Shown in pieces: positions 1 through 10,200 of a stretch of 64,000 bases of DNA; the stretch's first letter is position 1; the number at the start of each line of letters is the position of its first letter. The DNA lies in IMG/VR virus record IMGVR_UViG_3300042389_001478, positions 128,498 to 192,497 of that record. One strand, 5' to 3'. The notes under the pieces are model-generated. The model worked only from the letters and a program-made list of their open reading frames with translations. It made no database searches and was not told where the DNA came from. The position numbers and the translations under genes are program-made. The DNA comes from a virus.

Positions 1-709
1 AAGTATCAAGTCTACTAAGAATTCTAGCAATAATTGGGTGTCTAACAATATCAGAAAACTGAAGTCTCGAAACACCGATACCTTCAATTCCTTCTAGTTG
101 TTCTATCATCTCATAAAAACCGCCCTGTAAATGTCTTTGTAAATCTGACTGACTAATATCTCCAGTTAGTACCATCTTGCTTTCCTTGCCAAGTCTGGTA
201 ATTAACATTTTGAGTTGTTCATAAGAAGCATTTTGACATTCATCTGCTATGATAAAACAATTATTAAAATTTCTACCTCTCATCAAGCCCAATGGAACAA
301 TTTCAATTTTATTATTTAGTTTCAATGATGTATAATGAGAAAGCGGTATGAAATGATTTATTTCATCTAGAATAGGCAGTAGATATGGGTGTAATTTCGA
401 GTCAGCATCTCCTGGTAAAAATCCTATTTTTTCACCTGCTTCAACGACAGGTCTTGTAATAATAATTTTTTTGACTTTCTCATCAAGCAGATGTTCTATG
501 GCTAGCCCAACAGCACAATGCGTCTTACCGCTACCAGCAACGCCCTGGCAAAACGTTATGCTGTTTTCTAATATTATTCTGAGATATTCTTTTTGATTAT
601 CTGTTCTAGGCTTGAGCCTATTTCTGTATATCTCCGGAACTGGCTGTAGACTATTAGTTGCATCGACTACCTTGGTCTTTTTATTAGACCTTTTATTAGT
701 TTTTCTCAA
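1..709 (-). CDS. phoH: PhoH-family ATPase (3' end runs off the window; not in the ORF track)
   Basis: Manual translation from TTG at 709: FCQGVAGSGKT (Walker A), ITRPVVEAGEKIGFLPG, LMRGRNF, IADECQN, LTGDISQSDL; frame stays open to the window edge. Confidence 0.92.
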   Translation of the reverse strand, partial: MRKTNKRSNKKTKVVDATNSLQPVPEIYRNRLKPRTDNQKEYLRIILENSITFCQGVAGSGKTHCAVGLAIEHLLDEKVKKIIITRPVVEAGEKIGFLPGDADSKLHPYLLPILDEINHFIPLSHYTSLKLNNKIEIVPLGLMRGRNFNNCFIIADECQNASYEQLKMLITRLGKESKMVLTGDISQSDLQRHLQGGFYEMIEQLEGIEGIGVSRLQFSDIVRHPIIARILSRLDT

Positions 710-756
710 AGTTTGGCCCTTCTTAATAAGTAAGAACGTCAACGCCATTACCGTTA

Positions 757-1182
757 TTATACACCGCTTGAGCCAAATCCTCCTATTCCCCTGCTAGACT
801 GCTGTAATTCAACAGTTTCTTCAAAACTCATATTATAGTGAGCCTCTATTATCAATTGAGCTATCCTGTCGCCGCTTTTGATGTTGAGGGAGTTGGATCC
901 CGTATTCAACAATAGAACACACAACTCACCCCTGTAGGATGAATCTATAACTCCAGCCAGTACATCTATACCATTTTTAAATGCAAGGCCAGACCTAGGA
1001 GCAATTCGCCCATAATATCCTTCTGGAATTTCTATGCTTAGTCCAGTTTTAATCAGAACTCTAGACATTGGTAATAATTCAATATCCACAATAGAGAACA
1101 GGTCTGCACCAGCATCGGTAGAATTAGCCCTTAATGGCACAATGGCTTTAGGATCTAGTTTTTTATATTTGATGGTGTTCAT
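757..1182 (-). CDS. dut: dUTPase
   Basis: AGADL, RIAPRSGLA, GVIDSSYRGE, RIAQL, RGIGGFGSSG motifs. Confidence 0.97.
   Translation of the reverse strand: MNTIKYKKLDPKAIVPLRANSTDAGADLFSIVDIELLPMSRVLIKTGLSIEIPEGYYGRIAPRSGLAFKNGIDVLAGVIDSSYRGELCVLLLNTGSNSLNIKSGDRIAQLIIEAHYNMSFEETVELQQSSRGIGGFGSSGV
758..765 (-). promoter_or_regulatory. GGTGTATA motif (putative phage-sigma promoter) upstream of phoH
   Basis: Exact motif overlapping the dut stop codon. Confidence 0.6.
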
Positions 1183-3375
1183 TTATAGGAGACATGCTCC
1201 GCCCGCACAACTGATTTCTTCAATGCCTGCTGTATTATCTTCTGTTTCAGAAAGCTGGGTATAGTCAACCTTTTTAAAATTATCAAATAGATCACAGTAA
1301 ATCTTCCAATTATAAACATCTTTCATACAATAGGTTAATCTCTTAATATCTCCTTCAAAATATTTCCCAGCAAAATTTTGCATCTTAGTCATAAACTTTA
1401 ATTTGTTGTCTCCATCATCTTCTTTTGCTTGATTCATCGAAACATAATCACAGGCTGCCCATAGATTATTATTGAATGCATTTAGTCCAAGCTCAATCAA
1501 ACCAGAGCACCATAACGCAGCATCTCCGTACTCTTTAACGATCTCTCTACTCGTATAAACTGTTGTAAATGGAGCTTGTGGATAATCTTTGTCTCCGCTT
1601 TGTGGAATCAAAGATATTCCTGCAAAATATTTTCGGTTGTCATAAATATATTTGGTCACAGAATCCCACTCCTCTGGTTTAACTGTGACAGTATTGCTTA
1701 CATTATGACTAAGATACTCCTGAGTGCATAACGATCTATTTTTGCCAGATTGCACCCAGTTCTTTTGGGTGTCCTTAACTACTTTGAGCATCTCTACCGC
1801 AGGTAGCTGATTTTTAAGCTTAGCTCCATCTGGAACTTCTATTGGAAACTTAACTACTTCATCAGTATTATTTGCTGACCAAACGGATTTTTCACAGGCT
1901 TGCGGATTAAATTTTTTAAAGTGTTGATATGGAGCCTCAAGAATATTAGCCTGTACATGACGAATATATCTTTTAGCATGATGGGGGTGGATACCGGAAC
2001 TGGTTCCCAACATACTAGAAGAAGTACCCTCTGGCTTTAAACACGTTACTCGGGCAGCCTGATTAATATTGATCTTTAATGCAATTTTTTTATTTATTTC
2101 TACGGCAATCTTCGCCCCCTTAGTTAAGACTTTTTCTGATAAGACAAGCTCATGTTTTTCCATTGTGCCCGTTAGTGATACGCCAAGAAGAGCTTCTCTT
2201 TCAAAAATTCTTTGACTGGTTTCTCCTAGATAGTCTAGTTTAGTAAAGCCAGCTTGAAGTGTCCCTATAATAGCTGCGGCTCGGCATGATTCATAGAAAT
2301 CTTCTTCGTCTGTTACTGACGAACAGTTAATTGTTGAAAGATTGCACCCTTGCCATCCTGACTTATTCGTCTTTTCATCAATAGGCCACATGCCAATTTC
2401 TACACATGGATTAAAAATCATTTCTGTTGATTCACTCCAAATGAAACCCGGCTCTCCAAATTCTTTCACAGATTGCATAAGTGTGGAAAATTCTTCAAAA
2501 GATGTTGAATCCTTCAGCAATAGTGCGGAATTGTTGCTTCTCGCTCTTTGTGGATTGTCTATATACCAATTGCCCGTTTTAGCTTTTGCCATTTCCTCAT
2601 CATCATGACTAAATAGCGCTAGTGAGGCGCTTCGACGCACCCCTCCAGACAATACAGCATCGCTACTATGCATTACGATATCGTATGCATCTATGGGTCT
2701 TAGTTTCTTTTGGCCGTCTTTAAGACATCTGTCTAGAAGTGTGCGAATTTTTTCCAAACCATTGGCCAATGGTTCATAACCAGGAGCTTTTCCTACTCCA
2801 GAAGCTAATGCTGCACCCTTTGGTCTAATGCTTGAATAATCGAATACTATGTGACTATTCTTGTACTGCTTAAATTCATCCACCGGCTTGCTAAAATATG
2901 AGCTTAATAAAACACCCAGAGCATTTGACCATCCTTCAATACTATCTTCAATCAAATACTTTGTAGCCTGTCCGTCTTCGACCTCATGTTCTAGTGATGG
3001 AAGTTTAGATACATGATGTTTTTGTACACTAAATCCCGTGCCGCTACCGCATAGCAATAGCCAAAAACATTCTTGAAAGAATCTTAGTCTATCGCAGTAT
3101 GAGCTAGTGCAGTTATAAATTTTGGCGTGTCTCTTTAGAATGGGGTCTCCGCCAAACTGCAAAGCTCTTTGGCTCCCCAAAACTTTTTTCTTATACATCA
3201 TATCATAAGCCCAGTCGATTTCTTCGGAAATCCCAAAAGAATCATACTGTGTGTGCATCATCTCTCTTACTCTATCAACAGCTTCTTTCCAGGTCTCTCG
3301 TCTATTTTGATCACTTAACCATCTAGCGTATTTGCTGACAAAGGTGTAGTTTTGAAGCTCTTGTAGTGCTGACAT
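1183..3375 (-). CDS. nrdJ: Class II (B12-dependent, monomeric-type) ribonucleotide reductase
   Basis: YNCTS, GSGTGFS, GGVRRSA, NPCVEI, GCNL, KPEGTSS and C-terminal CAGGAC redox pair; no ATP cone; no beta-subunit gene adjacent. Confidence 0.9.
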   Translation of the reverse strand: MSALQELQNYTFVSKYARWLSDQNRRETWKEAVDRVREMMHTQYDSFGISEEIDWAYDMMYKKKVLGSQRALQFGGDPILKRHAKIYNCTSSYCDRLRFFQECFWLLLCGSGTGFSVQKHHVSKLPSLEHEVEDGQATKYLIEDSIEGWSNALGVLLSSYFSKPVDEFKQYKNSHIVFDYSSIRPKGAALASGVGKAPGYEPLANGLEKIRTLLDRCLKDGQKKLRPIDAYDIVMHSSDAVLSGGVRRSASLALFSHDDEEMAKAKTGNWYIDNPQRARSNNSALLLKDSTSFEEFSTLMQSVKEFGEPGFIWSESTEMIFNPCVEIGMWPIDEKTNKSGWQGCNLSTINCSSVTDEEDFYESCRAAAIIGTLQAGFTKLDYLGETSQRIFEREALLGVSLTGTMEKHELVLSEKVLTKGAKIAVEINKKIALKININQAARVTCLKPEGTSSSMLGTSSGIHPHHAKRYIRHVQANILEAPYQHFKKFNPQACEKSVWSANNTDEVVKFPIEVPDGAKLKNQLPAVEMLKVVKDTQKNWVQSGKNRSLCTQEYLSHNVSNTVTVKPEEWDSVTKYIYDNRKYFAGISLIPQSGDKDYPQAPFTTVYTSREIVKEYGDAALWCSGLIELGLNAFNNNLWAACDYVSMNQAKEDDGDNKLKFMTKMQNFAGKYFEGDIKRLTYCMKDVYNWKIYCDLFDNFKKVDYTQLSETEDNTAGIEEISCAGGACLL

Positions 3376-3417
3376 TTTTTCTCCTAGAGATTATTGAATT
3401 AACTATTGATATGATGC

Positions 3418-3425
3418 TATACACC
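3418..3425 (-). promoter_or_regulatory. GGTGTATA motif upstream of nrdJ
   Basis: Exact intergenic copy. Confidence 0.6.
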
Positions 3426-3476
3426 ATGCGACCATGTAGTATCCTAACGCAATCAATGTTATTGTAAAGAAAAAAC

Positions 3477-4280
3477 TTATTGTCTTGGAACAGTGTGCGG
3501 CTGGTCTATTCGTTTGTTAAATGCTAGACTTTTCCATAGACCATCTTGATATTTATTTTCGTCACCACAATCAAAAAGAGACAAGGATTTAGAGATATCA
3601 GAAATTAATCCTGGCCACATTTCTAAACTTAATAAATGATTATGCGGCTTATGCCAATTTTCATTTTGTAAAAGATTAGCATCAAACCAAAAAAAAGTAC
3701 CAGAATAATGAAATTTGCTATTAAAATAACAGTCACGGGTGGTTCTTAAGCAGCCAACGAATTCGTATCGATTTGATTCTATTTGTGGTTTGACAAGATT
3801 ATGGAATAGGTCTATATTATATTTCCATAACGTGTTTACCCAGCAAGTCATTGCATAATTTTTTTCTGGATGACTACATCCTTTAGCATGACCAAAGAAT
3901 ACGAAATTTTTACTTTGGTCTTTTTTCAAAAGACTAGACATTAAAGGTGCTGATTTATAAAAAAAATGTTCTGATTCTTTTAGTTTATCAGAGTTTGATA
4001 CTGGTATAATATAAATATCAGAAGATTTAAAAATATCGACTACTTTTTGAAAGATGCGATTATTATGAAATTCATTATCGGGGGACGATACTGTTATGAT
4101 TTTGTATCCATTAAAAATATTTAGACTATTTTTTAGTTTTTCTATTGCATAATGTGTTTTTTCGTGATCTAAGCAATAGATATGGAATATTAGATGATAA
4201 TTTATCGCACTTTCATCTTTTTGGGATAATTCTATAAAACTGTCTTTTTGTTTTTTTTTACAAAAATATTTAAATATCAT
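3477..4280 (-). CDS. Hypothetical protein, possibly glycan-modifying
   Basis: 267-aa ORF at the end of a glycosyltransferase run; FFGHAKG and HYSGTFFWF motifs resemble phage GT-associated proteins. Confidence 0.45.
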   Translation of the reverse strand: MIFKYFCKKKQKDSFIELSQKDESAINYHLIFHIYCLDHEKTHYAIEKLKNSLNIFNGYKIITVSSPDNEFHNNRIFQKVVDIFKSSDIYIIPVSNSDKLKESEHFFYKSAPLMSSLLKKDQSKNFVFFGHAKGCSHPEKNYAMTCWVNTLWKYNIDLFHNLVKPQIESNRYEFVGCLRTTRDCYFNSKFHYSGTFFWFDANLLQNENWHKPHNHLLSLEMWPGLISDISKSLSLFDCGDENKYQDGLWKSLAFNKRIDQPHTVPRQ

Positions 4281-4282
4281 AG

Positions 4283-6082
4283 TTAATATAGTTCATAGAA
4301 TTGATCTAAAGAAATAATATTGAGTATCTCTTGTCGATTATTATCAAAATATTCCCAATTATTTACTATTTCTTCAATCTTTAAAGCATCATATGTTTTC
4401 TGTGATCCGGGACGTACTACGCCAACTCCCCAGTCGGTATCAATAACACTAACTGTTAGATCCGGTCTTGTGCATCTTAGTTTGGCTATAGATTTCCAAA
4501 CATCTCCATTCCATAGTCCTGTAACGCGAGGTATTAGCTGTAGTTCATATTCTGGTGGATTACAATCATGAACAATAATAGTTCCATTCTGATTCAAGTG
4601 CTTAATAGAGTTGATTATGTCCTTATCTACCTGTATTGAATTATGCAATCCGTCTACAAAAATAATATCATATTTCTGGTTTTCGGGTATTGATGAAAAA
4701 AATTTATCAGAAGACATGCGGTAGTTGATTTCCGGAACAAAGATTCCACCCACCTCAGACCCAGGAGATGGATCAACGCCGTCTTTGTGAGGGATTTCAA
4801 TTTGACGAATGCACAAGCCATCATTAACGCCAATTTCTAAATATCTGGTATATTGATTTTTTTTAATCAAATAGTTTATTATATCCCATCTTTGTGTGCC
4901 AACCCTATTAAGGTATTTCTCGATTGTATATTTTTTACCCACTTTTTGTTTTTCTATTGTACTCAAACTATTAATCTTAAATAATAAATTATTTATTTTA
5001 TATAATCCAATTTTATTAATTTTATGAATAATTTTTTGTATATTCTTAATGTTTTCTATATCTTCTGGATCAACTTTCTCGCAGTCTATCATCACTATGT
5101 TAGTGGTCTGATTTGATTGCAAATAATTAATATCTGTATGTAGTTTATTTTTAAGGATTATTTTTGTATTTAATTGTTCCTTGTTGATATATTCATCAAT
5201 AAGTTTTGTAGCATATGGGTCGTCTATAGAAATATTTTGTGCGAACGGCTCCAAAAATGAGATGGATTCAAGAGAGCAATTTTTAGCAACTATTGAAACG
5301 TCGTATGTGGAATCTTCTGTTATAGAGCCCCATTTTCTTATATAGTTTCTAATGCTTTGATTTTCTATTTTTTCAGTACTGTCTTTGTACTCTTCAGAAA
5401 ACCTAGAGGTTTTTGATATGAAATGATAACACAGAGAGTCCGAGCAAGTAAAGCAACTGATATTTTCCAGCATCTTTAATCTTTTAATAAGATCGTCGTC
5501 TTCTCGAAAAAACGGAGAAAAAAGATTATCAAATCCATCTATATGTAAAAACACTTTCCTGGATAAAGCCATAAAAAAGGTAATACCCGGCTCTGTTTTG
5601 TCTTTATCCTTTTCTATGGTAGATTTTGCAAACTGTTCGAATTTTGTTCTATTAAAAGTTGTTAGAGTATCTCCACAGTCGTAAATAATTTTTCCTGGTC
5701 TTGAATGATGTCCAAAAAGAGGATGCTCTATAGTAGTATATGATACAACATTGTTGGGGGTCAAATGTTTTGATAAATTTTCTAAAAAACTAGAATATAA
5801 AATAATATCATTGTGTAAAAAAACTATGTATTCTTTTGTTGCTATCTGAACAGCTTTATTATATGTGTCAGAAAAAGATTTAGACTTATCATTGGCATAG
5901 AATATTTTTACATTAAAATCCGAAAGAGAGATTTTTTCTAGCCACTCGTTAGTTCCATCTGTGGAGTCATAGCTAGCAAAACATATCTCAGTATCTGGAT
6001 AAAGATTTCTTGTTGTTGTATAGAATGACTCTGTGTATTCAAGGTTATTTTTTATAGCAACTAATAAAGAAATATTATTCAT
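4283..6082 (-). CDS. GT2 glycosyltransferase fused to a class I SAM methyltransferase (Methyltransf_24-like)
   Basis: N-terminal YDSTDGT, VFLHNDI, GFD..F...EDDDL; C-terminal YLEIGV, DIIFVDGLH, IIVHDC. Confidence 0.8.
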   Translation of the reverse strand: MNNISLLVAIKNNLEYTESFYTTTRNLYPDTEICFASYDSTDGTNEWLEKISLSDFNVKIFYANDKSKSFSDTYNKAVQIATKEYIVFLHNDIILYSSFLENLSKHLTPNNVVSYTTIEHPLFGHHSRPGKIIYDCGDTLTTFNRTKFEQFAKSTIEKDKDKTEPGITFFMALSRKVFLHIDGFDNLFSPFFREDDDLIKRLKMLENISCFTCSDSLCYHFISKTSRFSEEYKDSTEKIENQSIRNYIRKWGSITEDSTYDVSIVAKNCSLESISFLEPFAQNISIDDPYATKLIDEYINKEQLNTKIILKNKLHTDINYLQSNQTTNIVMIDCEKVDPEDIENIKNIQKIIHKINKIGLYKINNLLFKINSLSTIEKQKVGKKYTIEKYLNRVGTQRWDIINYLIKKNQYTRYLEIGVNDGLCIRQIEIPHKDGVDPSPGSEVGGIFVPEINYRMSSDKFFSSIPENQKYDIIFVDGLHNSIQVDKDIINSIKHLNQNGTIIVHDCNPPEYELQLIPRVTGLWNGDVWKSIAKLRCTRPDLTVSVIDTDWGVGVVRPGSQKTYDALKIEEIVNNWEYFDNNRQEILNIISLDQFYELY

Positions 6083-6085
6083 GAC

Positions 6086-6715
6086 TTATTTGATCTGATC
6101 ATATAAAGTATTTTGTAGTCTTTGTTTATCTATGTGTTTTTTATGTAAAATAGCAACTTTGCCATCATCGGAGATGACTGCGCTAGATTTGAAGCCTACT
6201 AGGTGCTCGTGTACAGGGCCCATCCATTGTATTTCTCCATTATTCTTATAGATTCTGGGTTGATAATCTGGCCAGTTTACCCAACCTCTCTCATTAACGT
6301 TCCATGACCATTTTTTAATATCTTCTTCTGTTAATCCATCAACAATATTAATACGTGGAAGATAATATAAATCTATATCATTGCAAGCTATCTCTTTTCT
6401 TAATGCCTGAATAGCATCCAAATGCATTTCTTCATCAGCATCAAAATTAAAAATATATGGCTGAGATGCTTGGCTAGTCATATAGTTTTTAAGTTCAGCA
6501 AAATTATTTTTAAAATGGAAAGTGCTGTATTTATTAGAGTATCTCTGGCAAATTTCTTCTATAAGCTTATAATTGTCTGTTTCTTTTTCGGATTCGTCTC
6601 TGTATGTTTGAATAATGACTAGTTCATCATTATCTTTTTTAGCACCATTAAGTAGCGTTATTAGCTTGATAATCTCTTTGGTTTCATTATATACTGTAAC
6701 ACAATATGAGATCAT
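6086..6715 (-). CDS. GT2-family glycosyltransferase
   Basis: ISYCVTVYNE, NFAELKN, FNFDADE (DxD), WPDYQPRI, VHE. Confidence 0.75.
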   Translation of the reverse strand: MISYCVTVYNETKEIIKLITLLNGAKKDNDELVIIQTYRDESEKETDNYKLIEEICQRYSNKYSTFHFKNNFAELKNYMTSQASQPYIFNFDADEEMHLDAIQALRKEIACNDIDLYYLPRINIVDGLTEEDIKKWSWNVNERGWVNWPDYQPRIYKNNGEIQWMGPVHEHLVGFKSSAVISDDGKVAILHKKHIDKQRLQNTLYDQIK

Positions 6716-7206
6716 ATTTTAATATTCCTAATCCATGATAAATCTGGGTCAATATATTCTATATTAATTCCGCTCATTTGTATGAACAAGTGGAATCTTT
6801 TTTGGTGTTCATCATCAAACAGATGAGTTCCGTGGTTTTTCCTCATAAATACTTTGGTAATGCCTTCTTGCCATAGAGCCATGATACAATCATTGCAGCA
6901 TTGACCAGTAACATATGCTATTCCATTTTCTGGTCTTATGGCGCAGTTTGAGAGGGCGTTCCTTTCCGCATGAATCATCCAAGGGTATTTATCTGGTCTG
7001 GTATTTGGTAACTTGGTATCGTCTAATCCTTTTGGGAATCCATTATATCCTACTCCCAAGATCCTGTTCATGGAATCGGTTATAACACATCCATGTTGTG
7101 TTTGTATGTCGTGGCTACGAGCCGATATGGCGTGCGCCAGTCCTATAAAGTATTCCTGCCAGTTTGGTCTCATGGAATATGATAGCGAGGCCAATGAACA
7201 AAGCAA
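6712..7206 (-). CDS. dCMP deaminase (true start probably M13)
   Basis: W.EYF..LA, GYNGFP, HAERNA, CNDC zinc motif. Confidence 0.9.
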   Translation of the reverse strand: MLCSLASLSYSMRPNWQEYFIGLAHAISARSHDIQTQHGCVITDSMNRILGVGYNGFPKGLDDTKLPNTRPDKYPWMIHAERNALSNCAIRPENGIAYVTGQCCNDCIMALWQEGITKVFMRKNHGTHLFDDEHQKRFHLFIQMSGINIEYIDPDLSWIRNIKI

Positions 7207-7214
7207 GCGGATCT

Positions 7215-10200
7215 TTAATTATATGTAGGGTCTGGACATGTATTATCAGTGATTTTATCTCCAGCAATTATTCCATAATTACAAGAACCAGACATTAGTA
7301 TTGCATCAGAGTTGATATTTCCAATATTATTACTATTAACAAAAATTGTCTTCTCATTAATAGTTCCTAGTTCTTCTATCAGTAGATATGATTTACTTCG
7401 TGTGGTTTTTTCGGTAGTATTGGTATATTCATTATAGTAGTAGGCTGTAATTGATTCTGGATACAAAGGAAATGGAGGAAGATAAATTACGCGCTCGGTT
7501 CGTATAGCTTCGTATGTTTGTCCATTATAAGGATTCACTCGTTGTTCCATTGGCTTTTCATTGACAGAATCAACAAATACTGATTCTTTGTTTATGTAGT
7601 AAAAATTATTAGAGCTATAAAATAAAGCCGGGGTATTGACATTCCCTTTATTGATTGAATTATAAAAAATAGCTCCAAATGTACGAAGAGGTACAGAATC
7701 AGGAATATCTTGTTCTATAAAATAATGTTCTGTAAAATAATTACTAGATAAAGATATATTGGTATTGTTTATGCTGCCAAAATTAATAGAGTCAGAAAAA
7801 ATAGCAACATTATTAATGCTTCCATTGACGGCATTAATAGAATTATTGTGTAAGACTGCCGATCCAAAGACTGAACCAAAATTGATGCTGTTGTTGAAAT
7901 CACAATTATTTCTTATGATACCACCAAAATTATTTGAAGAATTGAAAATTCCGCTACCACTAATAGTGTCGCCAGTTCTTATATTGCCCTTGAAACCTTC
8001 CGGTTCTATATTATCGGATATCCTAAATATCCAAGGATCAAAAGAATCAGATACGGACTCAAAGTAATCAAACGGTTCTGGTGCTGTAAGATCGTGGGGG
8101 TCAACGTATGCGGGATGTTTTACAGCAGAATCAAAAAAAGCAAATGAGAAGTAGTTAGAGCTGTTAAATTCAGCATTGCCTCTAATGGAGGTTCCTATAC
8201 AAGTTCCATTATTCATAAGTAAATTGCCACCAATATCGCCAGCATTGTCTGAATTAATAAAGGTTGCATTTGAACCAATAGGACCAAAATTAATAGAACG
8301 ATTAGAAAACATACCACTATTATTAATTGTGCTATAATTAATAGAATGATTAAAAATGCTATATATATTTAATAAGCCGTTATTTTCAGAATTAATAAAA
8401 GATATTTCTGTTATACTAGGCAGGTCTACGCTTGAGCCGTTACACGCTATAGATGTGCTGGGTATTGGGCCGGAGGTTAAATTACCATAGTTGAAAGACG
8501 TATTAAAATTAGCAAAAGACATTGATCCATAATTTGTGCTCTTTGTAAAACTTGCTCCTCCTTGTATAGCGCCATAATTAACACATCCTGAGCCATCCCC
8601 AGAAGTTGCTCCGTTGAAGATGGCTGTTGTGTGTGAGTTTGGTATTGGAGGATATGTTTTTAATGACCCATAGTTCACAAAACGACCCTCAAATTCATAT
8701 CTAAAGTATCCTGCGCAATTCCCATAGTTTATGCCACTATCTTTAAAATATAGAGACGGAGGAACTGAAAAATCAAAATAGTTGTTACTATTAGTAATAC
8801 TACAATAAAACGATCCAATATAATATTGATTTAAAATTTGGTCTGAATAAAATTCTTTAGTTAAAAAATTTATTCCAGTGACAAAAATCCCACTAGAAGT
8901 AAAATTCACAGGATAATCAATAGAAAGAGATGGTCTTAGATTATACCATTGTAAATTACCTCTATTTATAGCATAGTCATTAATATATATTAAAGTATTA
9001 ATTAAATTAGCTTTATTTTCAGCATTATTATTAAGACTAATTTTTCTAATGCCAAATGTTAAATCTGGATTATTGCCTGACTTCCATGGTCTTCTCAGAG
9101 TTCCTAGATTAGTAGAGCCATTATAAAAAGATCCTGTTGTAAAAATTATTCCATTGGTTCCATTGGATGATGAATGGAAAAATACGCCGGTTTCTAAAAA
9201 TCCATTATTGTTTGAGTTATTAAGAAAACTACAGTGAATGCCGGTGGACGATATGTCATTTAATGATGAATCATAAAAATATGCTTTGCTAACATAAGCT
9301 TTATTAATTGATTGATTATAAAATTTATATTTAGCGGTATCCGATGGGGGCTGTGATAAAACCCCAAAATTGATACTATTTCCAAGGAAATTATAGTCAC
9401 AGTTTCCAGTTTCCGAAGCATAATTGATAGAATTACCAGTAAAGCTTGCTTGATAAAAAGTTAAAGAATTAATTGAATTAATAGACTTATCGTAGCATGA
9501 CAAGTAATTACATTGGCTACCAGAGTTAATGCTTGTGCCAAAAAATTGCGCAGCACCTCCTGATCCATTTATATTTTGACTTTTGTTGTCGAATCTAGCA
9601 TAGCCAAATAAACCGGTTAAATTACTAGATGTTTGATTGAAAAATAAAGCCTCTCCAGAACCTGTTGTTCGGTTGGATGATGAGTCATAAAATAGTCCGG
9701 TCTCATAAATTTTTCCAAAATTAATTGATTTGCCATAAAATTTACCAAAAGATATATTTCCGTTGTTAATACTATTATCATGTAAAATTCCGCTGTAGAT
9801 GGTGCCATTATTAATAGCTGTATTATTTAAATTTACAAGCGCAGAATTAATATAGGTTATAGAATTTTCTATATAATTAGATATATCTTTTTGGTTGATA
9901 CTGGATTGATTAAAAGATATAATTCCAGTTGATATTAGTGTCCCATTATTCTGAGAGTTGCCATTAAAATTAATAAAGGAGGATTTACATTTTCCTCCGT
10001 CTGAGTGCATAGAGTTAGAAGAAAAATTTGTTACATCAGAAAGAATAGTAAAAAAATTAATACATCCAAGACCTAGTTCGGCTAAATTTCCAGAAATATA
10101 TCCTAGGTTTATAGAATTAGATTTTAATGAACATTGTGGTCCAAATAAATACCCATTATTGATAGACCCACTAGCAAGGATAGAGACGCCAGTTACAAGC

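Noticed and set aside
1183-3375. Possible intein or intron in nrdJ (also checked ruvB, ligase, thyX)
   Set aside because: Lengths are normal, frames are uninterrupted, and no intein boundary motifs or LAGLIDADG blocks were seen.
3390-3510. Short hydrophobic frame (...FFFTITLIALGYYMVAWCIASYQ) upstream of nrdJ, possibly a remnant small membrane gene
   Set aside because: No usable start codon and an in-frame stop just upstream; cannot be separated from chance.
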